From the NCBI GenBank assembly GCA_020054235.1, contig JAGVLQ010000025.1:922-64921 (forward strand): DNA of 64,000 bases, read 5' to 3'. Positions 1 through 8,514 of the stretch are shown in pieces. Origin of the DNA: Candidatus Babeliales bacterium. Its GTDB lineage: Bacteria > Babelota > Babeliae > Babelales > JACPOV01. The notes under the pieces were generated by a model. That model ran no database searches and was not told where the DNA came from. It worked only from the letters and a program-made list of their open reading frames with translations. The position numbers were made by a program, and so were the translations under genes. Each line of letters begins with the position of its first letter. Position 1 is the stretch's first letter.

Positions 1-91
1 GATATTCATAGCGTATGTTTACTCAATCTGGTACATTCAAGTATCCTAATAAAGAGTAGCATAAATTCAGCTTTTTTTGAGAGGAAAGGTA

Positions 92-1219
92 ATGACAGAC
101 TGGCGTGAAGAATCTCACAAATCATATTTTCTTGCCCTTTCCTTGCTTGTGCATCTAGCATTACTTATTGTGCTTTTAAAAATAACTGACACTGACCGTA
201 TGCTTTTTGAAAAAATTATTCCCACCCAACATACGCTTGAAAAGCAAGATGAACACTTTGATATGTACACACCGGCAGCACTCAAATCGCGTGCTTCCAA
301 CTTTGGAGCCCCGGTACACTTTCATGAAGAACCTGAAATGCAAGGTAATGATTCTGATGGCCCTGCTGAGCAAACGCAGGATGGCATGGATACACAACAG
401 CCGGAACAAGCTGTACAAACACTACCTATGCCAACCATCCAACAAAAACAAGATGCGCTTACACAACCCGCACAAGAACAACCTATGCCTGAAGAACCAA
501 AAAAAGCTGAAGCAACACCTGAACTTCACGAAGTAAAACTCCACCAGTCAACAGTGATTATAGAAAAAAATACCGGCAAACAAGAGCCAGAAAAAGCAAA
601 ACCAAAAATCGAAGAAAAAGAGCCTGCTAAAGAACCTGAAAAAAAAGAACCTCCTCAACCAAAGCCTGCACAAAAACAAGCGCAGCAAAAACCGGTGCAA
701 AACGTTGTACGCAAAAAAATAGCCCAACGCTCGCTGGGTGATGATCTACGTTCAGCAGCACCAATAAAAAAACAACTTACCTTGGCAGATTTAGCAGAAG
801 GTTTTATTAACACGTTAAACCGCGGCGGCAATGATTGGCTTGACCGTGATGGCGATGACAAAAAACGTCCTGACTTTGAAGATCTTAAATATTTGAGTTA
901 CACCAAAAAAGTTGTTTGGTACATGCAAAATGAATGGCGCGCAACGCAAGATAAACTTGGCATACAATTGCATCAAGAGTACATTTTAAGTTTAATTATT
1001 ACGTTCTTAAAAGATGGCTCAATTGGCGATGTGCGCGTGATTCATCCAAGTGGCAGCCCGCAACTTGATGAATTTTTAATCCGCGGCATCCGCAACGCCG
1101 GCCCGTATCCACCAATTCCGACGCATTTCAAAAGTGATTCATTTGATCTGCCACTCAATATTGTCAATGCCCGTGAACGCTCGCAACCGTGGCAAATGTA
1201 TTTATCACGATCACGGTAA
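92..1219 (+). CDS. TonB-family-like protein (membrane anchor, Pro/Glu/Lys-rich spacer, TonB C-terminal-like domain)
   Basis: The track ORF 77..1219 starts at TTG. The ATG at 92 follows GAGGAAAGG (81-89) and is preferred. Hydrophobic anchor YFLALSLLVHLALLIVLL. Long PEKKEPPQPKPAQKQ-type spacer. The C-terminal block ILSLIITFLKDGSIGDVRVIHPSGSPQLDEFLIRGIRNAGPYPPIP fits the TonB C-terminal domain pattern. Confidence 0.5.
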   Translation: MTDWREESHKSYFLALSLLVHLALLIVLLKITDTDRMLFEKIIPTQHTLEKQDEHFDMYTPAALKSRASNFGAPVHFHEEPEMQGNDSDGPAEQTQDGMDTQQPEQAVQTLPMPTIQQKQDALTQPAQEQPMPEEPKKAEATPELHEVKLHQSTVIIEKNTGKQEPEKAKPKIEEKEPAKEPEKKEPPQPKPAQKQAQQKPVQNVVRKKIAQRSLGDDLRSAAPIKKQLTLADLAEGFINTLNRGGNDWLDRDGDDKKRPDFEDLKYLSYTKKVVWYMQNEWRATQDKLGIQLHQEYILSLIITFLKDGSIGDVRVIHPSGSPQLDEFLIRGIRNAGPYPPIPTHFKSDSFDLPLNIVNARERSQPWQMYLSRSR

Positions 1220-1223
1220 AAGG

Positions 1224-1721
1224 CTAATATCGATACGAATATGGTGGATTTAAAATAAGATCTCCATACAATATAGCCGCACCAACAAAACTAAAAAACG
1301 TTACAATAAGCCCTCCAGAAGCGCGCTGGCTTGTTTTAAAGATTTCAGGAGCCACATCCATATATTTATTCCAATTGGTAGAAATAACATGAAGATCATC
1401 AAGGTTCGGATAATCCGGTAAAATTAAACGCCAATTTTTAACGGTAGAATGAACAGTATACGTTCCATAGTAATTACTATGATAATCGGTAGTCTCCTTT
1501 ATTTGTCCACCGCGACTTTTTATTTTTCTTTCAGACTCGTCCTTGATAGCCTGCAGATTTTGAATCTTCTCTATAATTTTTGAAAGAAAAATTGTACTAA
1601 AAGTGCCAAACAAAGTTAGCCCCGAAGCAACCAAAAATTGGACTCCCGGTTCAGGCATTATTTGTGCATTTGAATGATTTACATTCAACAAAAAAAGTAA
1701 CAATAAAAATAGTTTTTTCAT
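1224..1721 (-). CDS. hypothetical secreted/membrane protein
   Basis: The track ORF begins at GTG 1742. The ATG at 1721 gives the signal-like N-terminus MKKLFLLLLFLLNVNHSNA. A second hydrophobic segment lies near the C-terminus. No recognisable family. Confidence 0.6.
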   Translation of the reverse strand: MKKLFLLLLFLLNVNHSNAQIMPEPGVQFLVASGLTLFGTFSTIFLSKIIEKIQNLQAIKDESERKIKSRGGQIKETTDYHSNYYGTYTVHSTVKNWRLILPDYPNLDDLHVISTNWNKYMDVAPEIFKTSQRASGGLIVTFFSFVGAAILYGDLILNPPYSYRY

Positions 1722-1793
1722 CTGCAAGTTTTTTATCCCCACTAAAGTAACTAAATTTTCAATTTTGTTTTGGCTATTTTAAAAAACACTGGT

Positions 1794-2714
1794 CTAATAA
1801 AAATCAGATATACCTAGACCTACGGTATAGTTTTCTTTTCTCGATGCGATAAGCTTCTTTTTTTCTTCTGCACGCACTGATAAATAGTAATTAAAAAACG
1901 GTATACCGTCTGGTACATTTTTGATTTCTTGTTTTGCTTGCTCTGAAAGTTCGGCCCATGCAGGGTCATTTGCAAATTGACGAAGAATACCATATTCATC
2001 AAAAACGTAATTATAATAATAAGCAAAAATCTCATCTGCTGCACTATTGTTTAGTTCCTTAGCAATTTTTTGAGCAGTCTCAAAATTTAGCCTTTCGCAA
2101 CTTTTTATCATTGCGACAATTTCTTGATTTGTCTTATTTTCAACAACTTTTTCCATAAGCTCAATCCATAAAAAATCATGTAGGGTATAAAAACTCTGAT
2201 ACAAGCTACTTACACCCGTGTACCAGCTTTTTTGATCGACCCTATCAAGCAACCCTGCAAAGTCATGGGTTTCAATAAGCCTACCCAGCAGCTCCCACCA
2301 TTTATCAGTATGCCCGTGTCGATAATAATTAATAATAGGTTGCAATGCTTTATCGGTTGATATTGACGAACTTAAAAGCTCTCCAGTTTCATGATCAAAA
2401 AATAAAGGAGCGATCCAACATCGTATCTGAAAAATCCCATAATCAAAGGGTAAGCGCATTCCAAAAAATGCCGCAAGTGCATTAATTTTGCCCAACGGGG
2501 AAGATTCGGAAGCTAGGTTAATTACTGTTTCAATATCATGCTTGCATTGTATATCAATATTACTGCGAAACATAAAATCATGCTCATATTTCTGCATTAA
2601 CTCATGTTCATTAATTTCTGTTGATGAGAATCCATCATCATGCAATTGGCTATTGAAAGTTATCTGGCTATAAAAGCCCATAAAAAAGCACAGCAATTTG
2701 AGAAATAGTTTCAC
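1794..2714 (-). CDS. hypothetical secreted protein; stand-alone paralogue of the central domain of the 778-aa protein at 5284..7620
   Basis: GTG start at 2714 preceded by AAGGGA. Signal-like N-terminus. Long collinear similarity to the 778-aa protein, for example DPAWAELSEQAKQEIKNVPDGIPFFNYYLSVRA against DPAWAELSEQAKKEIKNVPDGIPFFNYYLSVRA. Confidence 0.75.
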   Translation of the reverse strand: MKLFLKLLCFFMGFYSQITFNSQLHDDGFSSTEINEHELMQKYEHDFMFRSNIDIQCKHDIETVINLASESSPLGKINALAAFFGMRLPFDYGIFQIRCWIAPLFFDHETGELLSSSISTDKALQPIINYYRHGHTDKWWELLGRLIETHDFAGLLDRVDQKSWYTGVSSLYQSFYTLHDFLWIELMEKVVENKTNQEIVAMIKSCERLNFETAQKIAKELNNSAADEIFAYYYNYVFDEYGILRQFANDPAWAELSEQAKQEIKNVPDGIPFFNYYLSVRAEEKKKLIASRKENYTVGLGISDFY

Positions 2715-2731
2715 TCAAATTCCCTTTTGAT

Positions 2732-3658
2732 TTAAAAATTAAAAAATATCGATTTATCACATGAGAACATTTCATCTATATTTATATCGTAGAGCCCAAT
2801 ACCTCTTTTTGCAGCCCACTTTTCAAACATTGAATTGAGAACTTGTATATCATTTTTTGTAATGATAAAACTGTAAAGAAAATGTGCGAGTTTTACGGCT
2901 GGAAATACATTGAAAATACCATATATGGTAGGAACATTTTGATAGAGGTCGATATCAGTTAAAATTTCTTTATAAAAATCTTTCAGAGATTTACAAACCA
3001 TATATTCTAATGTTTCAGTTTGACCATTCTGTTCAAGATTGGCTACTTTATTATCAAACTCATTAAACATACCCTTAATAATGTCCGTTGGATTTTGAGG
3101 ATCGCTATATAAGGTTTCAATCAGCTCAGAACTGTACATTTCTTTCATATTGCCCACTTCAAAAGCAAGGCGTGCTAAACAGTAACCGATTCTTGTGGCA
3201 GGTAAAAGAGTATTTGCAAATTTGCCAGCTTGATAGAATACGTCACCTTTAATATTTCTTGCCATACTTGTTGCCGTACTAAAAATGATATCAGTCAAGA
3301 CAAATTGATTTGCCGCTTGATAAGCATCTTGGATCAAAATTAGTTCTTCTCTATATCTCTGTTGAATGGCAAAATTTAATATTTCTTGAAGAGAATTTTG
3401 CAGCCCGCTCAGTGTTTTAATTCCCTTAATATTTTGAAAAATTACTTCAAAAGTTGGCCCTTCAAAAGTTACCTGTGTAACAAGTGGTGCATTCTTCAAT
3501 TCCTCTTGCTCTTCATTTATTAAACGCAAATATCGATCTTTAAATTCTTCAAACTCTAGATCAGTTTCACCTAAAGAATTCCCTACTTGAAAATCTAAAG
3601 CATCAGAAGCATTAAGTGCAGAAATTAAGGAAATACAAAAAAAGAAAGCAATTACCAT
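2732..3658 (-). CDS. hypothetical secreted protein (distant paralogue of 3663..4358)
   Basis: The track ORF starts at TTG 3673. The ATG at 3658 is preceded by AAGGA. Signal-like MVIAFFFCISLISALNA. Weak collinear similarity to the upstream 231-aa protein. Confidence 0.7.
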   Translation of the reverse strand: MVIAFFFCISLISALNASDALDFQVGNSLGETDLEFEEFKDRYLRLINEEQEELKNAPLVTQVTFEGPTFEVIFQNIKGIKTLSGLQNSLQEILNFAIQQRYREELILIQDAYQAANQFVLTDIIFSTATSMARNIKGDVFYQAGKFANTLLPATRIGYCLARLAFEVGNMKEMYSSELIETLYSDPQNPTDIIKGMFNEFDNKVANLEQNGQTETLEYMVCKSLKDFYKEILTDIDLYQNVPTIYGIFNVFPAVKLAHFLYSFIITKNDIQVLNSMFEKWAAKRGIGLYDINIDEMFSCDKSIFFNF

Positions 3659-3662
3659 AAAT

Positions 3663-4358
3663 TTATCCTTCAATGTTTTCTTGTGATAGAGTATTGGTAC
3701 AATTTATTTTTATTCCTTGCGCTACACTGATAGCAGGAATTACCGTGAAAGCATCAAGGGCAGGAATTATCTTTTCATATTCAACAATACTGTCTCGTGC
3801 ATTTGCAAAAAAATCGTACAAAATACTTGCTAATTTAAAGTAAAATTCGTTATTTTGTATTTTGAAATTTTCTTGAGAATCTTGTAATTCAAGCATGATA
3901 GCTCGCAATAGCTCAGATGGTTCATCACAATCGCTAACCCTATAGAAGTATTTTCCCTTCAATGCAACGACACTGCAACAAATACGATTAAGAAAATAAC
4001 ATGCCGGCCAGACACCACTCATCAAACTTTTAATTGATGAATATTTGTCAAAAAGAACTGCCTTATTAGAAAGCATTGAAAAGGCAACGTAAAGCTCCGT
4101 TAACTCTAAAGATTCTTTGATATAATCTTTTTCTAACCCTTCATTAATCAGTTTTTTTAGCTTTTTCAAGAATGATTTATGTCCGGAAAAATCTTTATAG
4201 AGACTCCCTATGAGCGCTAAACCTTGTTCATTAACATCAATGGTAAAATTTTCTGGTAATTTTGGTTTATATAGCTGGTTAGGTGCATAATTATAACTAT
4301 CGGCTATAAGAAATCCATACGAAAATAAAAGACTTAAAAAAAGATATTTTTTTTGCAT
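3663..4358 (-). CDS. hypothetical secreted protein
   Basis: ATG 4358 preceded by GAGG. Signal-like MQKKYLFLSLLFSYGFLIA. No recognisable family. Confidence 0.7.
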   Translation of the reverse strand: MQKKYLFLSLLFSYGFLIADSYNYAPNQLYKPKLPENFTIDVNEQGLALIGSLYKDFSGHKSFLKKLKKLINEGLEKDYIKESLELTELYVAFSMLSNKAVLFDKYSSIKSLMSGVWPACYFLNRICCSVVALKGKYFYRVSDCDEPSELLRAIMLELQDSQENFKIQNNEFYFKLASILYDFFANARDSIVEYEKIIPALDAFTVIPAISVAQGIKINCTNTLSQENIEG

Positions 4359-4456
4359 AAGCGGTACCTCTATGTAAAAATTGTTTCAGTAACTATATAC
4401 GATAATCTGTGAATAGACAAAGAACAAAAAGCCTAAATTTTGCGCTAGGCTGCTCA

Positions 4457-5284
4457 TTATATAATTCTAAAATCATTAATCCAAAAACCTTCAACTAATT
4501 GCAACGCAACTTCAATGTAAAAGGGCCAATCAAGCAAAAGCTCTTCATCTTCTTTGCTTACTTTTTTAAAGGGCTCCAGTGGCTTCAAACTTACACTAAA
4601 GCCATACATGCGTAACTCTATTGGATACCCTTGAGCAGTAAAATAGAGGTTTAGTGATTCTTTGGCATCGAGAGCTTTTTTTATTTCCTCAAACTCAACC
4701 TTATTTTCTTTATTGTCAGTAAATTCATACCCATGAATTAAACTATTTGTATAAAAATGCTTTAACTCATCGCCCTTTTTTAAATCTCTTAAATCAAAAT
4801 CGATCGATATAAAGCGAGATTCATCGCCTACATCAAGCACTGAATCTCGGTCATCAGAATCTCTCCGCAAAATAAAGTCAACAATGTCAAAATTTTTAAG
4901 CCACCTTAACAAGGTACGAAAATAACGAGGAAAATCTAAGTCATTTCTTTCACCAAAAGGCTTATTTAAAAACTCTTTATTCCAAAATGCAAATAATCCT
5001 GAAATGATAACGGCAGTATGATCTTTTATTGTTGATTCTTCTAAAATGAGGGCAATCATAAAAGTATCTTCAACTTTTATGTAAATTGCATTCATCTCAT
5101 CAATATTACCCTCAATTAGGTCGTATGCGGCTTTTTCTAACGAAATTGGTCTAAAATTCTCCAACCTTGAACCCTCATCAATCAAATACTGTCCATAAAA
5201 AAAATTCTGCTTTAATCCTTCAAGTAAAATTTTTTGAACAAGATTTTTTTCATATCTTTTTTTTAATATTACTTCTATTTCCAT
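4457..5284 (-). CDS. hypothetical acidic cytoplasmic protein; candidate immunity/partner of the upstream nuclease-like protein
   Basis: The in-frame ATG at 5282-5284 overlaps the upstream TGA (5284-5286) as ATGA, so it is preferred over the track start 5326. No signal peptide. Asp/Glu-rich. No recognisable family. Confidence 0.6.
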   Translation of the reverse strand: MEIEVILKKRYEKNLVQKILLEGLKQNFFYGQYLIDEGSRLENFRPISLEKAAYDLIEGNIDEMNAIYIKVEDTFMIALILEESTIKDHTAVIISGLFAFWNKEFLNKPFGERNDLDFPRYFRTLLRWLKNFDIVDFILRRDSDDRDSVLDVGDESRFISIDFDLRDLKKGDELKHFYTNSLIHGYEFTDNKENKVEFEEIKKALDAKESLNLYFTAQGYPIELRMYGFSVSLKPLEPFKKVSKEDEELLLDWPFYIEVALQLVEGFWINDFRII

Positions 5285-7620
5285 CAAGGTCCTTCTGAAA
5301 ATGAATACTTCCGATTTTTTAGCCAATTTTTAAACGCTTCAGGAATAGGTTTTTTTGATGCAAATTCAAATGTTTTATTTTTTGCAGTTGCTATTTCAAC
5401 CTGTGATGGAACTTTAGAACGACAATCACCAATTTTTTTATCATTCCATTCCATATTTTTACATTCAATAATTTTTTCGGCTGTTTCTATGTCTATATCT
5501 CTTTTGGGTTTGCCCGGCAATTGTACCTTCTCTCCAAACCTTATAACTTTTGAATTTTTTGATTCTCTCAAAGCAACTTCAACTTCGTATATTGCCCCAT
5601 TTACTGTCGACTGATGCGGGATATCTACAACACATTCCAGTAAAATTTTACTAACAGGGCCATCTTTATCTAAAAACCCTTCTACATCCTTAAATTTTTC
5701 TAGTGCTTCGATAATTATGTCTATTACTTCTTTACTAATACCCTTGGCTATGCCTTCTTTTAAAAACTCAATAACTTTTTCGCCATGGGTATCTACATCA
5801 ATATACGGTTGACCATTAACTCCTATAACCTCTGCCAACCTTTTTTTTGCTCTTTCTACATCCTCTTCTCGTCTTTGGCTCTCTTCACTTTTTTGAGGTC
5901 GCCATTTCTGTTTTTCAGGCTCAGCTGGCTTTTCTTCCGGCACATCAGGCGCTGGTTTATTTTTTTCTTGCTCTTGCGCATTTTCACTCAGTAAAGCACC
6001 CTGTATTTGCGTACCATAATTACAGCCTTGCTTCTGCTCCTGTTCTTGCGTTACTTCACAAGCTGGTGGCGTAGGAATTTCTTGTCCACCTTGTATGCAA
6101 ACGCCCTTTTGTTCAAATTCTTCAACGTCAACTATGCATTGCCCTTTTGGCACTTCAGGTTCTTTAATCAAACCGGTGCCACAGGGACGGTTTTTTTGTT
6201 CTTCTGCAATTTTTTGTCGCTCTTGGGCCCGCACTGATAAATAGTAATTAAAAAACGGTATGCCGTCTGGCACATTTTTTATTTCTTTTTTTGCTTGCTC
6301 AGAAAGCTCAGCCCACGCAGGGTCGCTTGCAAGTTCACGCCGGATACCATACGCATCAAACTTTTGGTTATAAAAATACGCAAAAATTTCATCTGCTACA
6401 GCGCTCTTTGCATCTCTTGCAATTCTGTTGGCTGTCTGAAAATTCTGCGCAAGGCAGCTTTCTATCACGGCCATTATTTTTTGGTTAGTAGCGTTATCGA
6501 TAACTTTGCTCGTTAGATGTGTCCATAAAAAATCACGGGCGACGTAAAATGCACGATACAAGGCATTAACTGTCTTATACCACCCTTGCTCATCAGCCAT
6601 ATCAAGTAACAAAGCAAACTCGTCAAGATCTAAATATTTGCCTAACTCCTCTCGCCATGCATCCCCATATTCTTGACGAAAATATTCAACAATCGGTCGC
6701 AAAGCTTTTACGGTAGAAATGGGCTCATTGGAAATCGCTCCTGTTCCATGATCAAAAAATAATGGTGCAAGCCAATACCGAATCTGATAAAGCCCACGAT
6801 TAAATTGCGCTGGTGCCCGTGTTGCAAAAAAAGTTTTAAGGGCACAGATTTTTCCTAGTGTAGCTGACTTGGCCACTGCATTTATAAGCGTGCGCATTTC
6901 CTCTTTGCACTGGCGGTCAATATCAACACGAAACTCTGGGTCATGGTCATAACGGTACTGCAAACGATGCTCGAGCAGTTCTTGCTCGGTTGCTCGGCGG
7001 TCAGGAAATGAATTTTTAAAACCTACTTGCGCGTAGACACGATGATTGCCAAGATTACATTCAGCCCGCGCAAAGCCTGGTCCGTTAATTATCTTGATTG
7101 TTTGCGGATTCGAAAATGCTGAAGCATCTAAGTAAACATCGGCAATGAGCGCAACGCCAGCTTCAAAAGGATTAGGAATTTCCACCTGTGCAACCTTTTT
7201 TTGTTCCGGTGTAAGTGGCGCACCAAGCTGTTGTTGCATAGATTGTTCAACTAAATCAGGAATACTAAAATTTTTGAAGGTATATGTTTCTGGTTGAGCT
7301 TGCGGTCTGCTTGCGCTGGGGGGGGTTACACTATGTTGTGCTGGATCATTTGGCATTGCTTGCACAGCAGAAATTTGCACGCAAGGCTTAGTTTCTTGGT
7401 TATGGACAGCTGGCTGGTAATGCCATTTTTCAATCTGCTTTTTTGCAACATATGCTGCAGCACCTGCAAACGCTAAAGCGGCTTGAGCACTCAAAACTAC
7501 TTGCTGCATAACCGGCGCTGCAACCGCCATTGATTCAATTTTGCGCTGAGATATAAAATCATTGAATAAAAATGCTATAAGAAAAACTAAAAAAAATCGC
7601 TTATGCTTTCTAAACTTCAT
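5284..7620 (-). CDS. large secreted multidomain protein with C-terminal PD-(D/E)xK nuclease-like module (candidate toxin/effector)
   Basis: The ATG at 7620 gives MKFRKHKRFFLVFLIAFLF; the track start 7644 is TTG. The central domain is shared with 1794..2714. A Cys-containing and PEK-rich linker follows. The C-terminus reads GAIYEVEVAL..VIRFGEKV..KRDIDIETAEKIIECKN, which places E, D and E-x-K in the canonical order. The coding call is strong; the nuclease call is moderate. Confidence 0.55.
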   Translation of the reverse strand: MKFRKHKRFFLVFLIAFLFNDFISQRKIESMAVAAPVMQQVVLSAQAALAFAGAAAYVAKKQIEKWHYQPAVHNQETKPCVQISAVQAMPNDPAQHSVTPPSASRPQAQPETYTFKNFSIPDLVEQSMQQQLGAPLTPEQKKVAQVEIPNPFEAGVALIADVYLDASAFSNPQTIKIINGPGFARAECNLGNHRVYAQVGFKNSFPDRRATEQELLEHRLQYRYDHDPEFRVDIDRQCKEEMRTLINAVAKSATLGKICALKTFFATRAPAQFNRGLYQIRYWLAPLFFDHGTGAISNEPISTVKALRPIVEYFRQEYGDAWREELGKYLDLDEFALLLDMADEQGWYKTVNALYRAFYVARDFLWTHLTSKVIDNATNQKIMAVIESCLAQNFQTANRIARDAKSAVADEIFAYFYNQKFDAYGIRRELASDPAWAELSEQAKKEIKNVPDGIPFFNYYLSVRAQERQKIAEEQKNRPCGTGLIKEPEVPKGQCIVDVEEFEQKGVCIQGGQEIPTPPACEVTQEQEQKQGCNYGTQIQGALLSENAQEQEKNKPAPDVPEEKPAEPEKQKWRPQKSEESQRREEDVERAKKRLAEVIGVNGQPYIDVDTHGEKVIEFLKEGIAKGISKEVIDIIIEALEKFKDVEGFLDKDGPVSKILLECVVDIPHQSTVNGAIYEVEVALRESKNSKVIRFGEKVQLPGKPKRDIDIETAEKIIECKNMEWNDKKIGDCRSKVPSQVEIATAKNKTFEFASKKPIPEAFKNWLKNRKYSFSEGP

Positions 7621-7814
7621 GCTGGACCTTTTTATAGGTAACAAAAACTTGCCTCAGCATATACCATCTGAACATAATTGAAAAGAAGATTTTTCAGAAA
7701 ATTTCTGGCGTGATCAATTAATAGAAATAGCACATTGCATAAAAATATTGCAAAATAAGCCTATTTATATATTCTAGAGATCAATTTACATAAAAAAATA
7801 AGGTTTAATAATCC

Positions 7815-8429
7815 ATGAAATCAAAACGTTTACTTTTTCTCTTTTTAGCATTTTCAGCTCACTCGTGCTTTTCTACCTCAATTTATAATTGTTTTAAAGA
7901 CCGCGAATGGGAATTAATGGAATACGTATTTGTAAAAAAAGTTCAAAACGATTGTTGGTCTATCCCTAAATTAGTAAAAAATTTTGCTGTAGGCATTGGT
8001 TCTTACTTAAGTTTATTTTTTCTTAATCGAGAAATTTGGGGTTGGCAAATTAATGATAAAGACTGGTACAATATATCAAAAATATCTTTTCCACAAGAAG
8101 TTACCCAAGAAACATTAGGAAAATATTATGCAACGGTTGGCCAAGATATAGGCAATAATCTAGTTTGTCATTTGCGTTCTATACCTCCTGCAATAATGCT
8201 ATTTTTTCTCTATCATTATTGGTATAAAAATACAGCTTCTTATAACGCAGCCTTTGAATTTATTGAAGATTGGCCGGAACATAAAGAGTTTACGCCTAAA
8301 GAGTTGCAAGAATCATTTGAGATGCTTTATCTAAAGAATGTTAAGGGCACGCTCAGAGATCAAGAAGTTTACGAAATAATTGGCGTTGTTAAAGAATTGC
8401 TCGAGAAACGAAAAAAAGTTTTTGGTTAA
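7815..8429 (+). CDS. hypothetical secreted/membrane protein
   Basis: ATG start, signal-like N-terminus MKSKRLLFLFLAFSAHS and internal hydrophobic segments. No recognisable family. Confidence 0.6.
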   Translation: MKSKRLLFLFLAFSAHSCFSTSIYNCFKDREWELMEYVFVKKVQNDCWSIPKLVKNFAVGIGSYLSLFFLNREIWGWQINDKDWYNISKISFPQEVTQETLGKYYATVGQDIGNNLVCHLRSIPPAIMLFFLYHYWYKNTASYNAAFEFIEDWPEHKEFTPKELQESFEMLYLKNVKGTLRDQEVYEIIGVVKELLEKRKKVFG

Positions 8430-8514
8430 AATTCAACAAGAATCTTAACCATCCTAGACATTTTTGGCCCGTCATTTTATAACTAATGCCAGAGCTTGTG
8501 CAAAAAGGAGTATT

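Noticed and set aside
5785-7476. Multiple plus-strand ORFs of 60-76 aa antisense to the 778-aa gene, and similar ORFs antisense to the Sel1 genes, sufB, sufS, topA and others.
   Set aside because: They are short, overlap long well-supported frames, and lack start context. I treat them as noise.
8464-8514. N-terminal extensions proposed by the ORF track for many genes (8464, 12452, 13452, 18668, 21010, 25793, 41522, 46492, 48965, 63859 and others).
   Set aside because: In each case an internal ATG follows a clear Shine-Dalgarno-like GGAG/AAGGA motif. That internal start either restores a typical N-terminus (signal peptide, Rossmann motif, SufC start) or removes an overlap with a terminator or a neighbouring gene. 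Several of the track starts are TTG or GTG.
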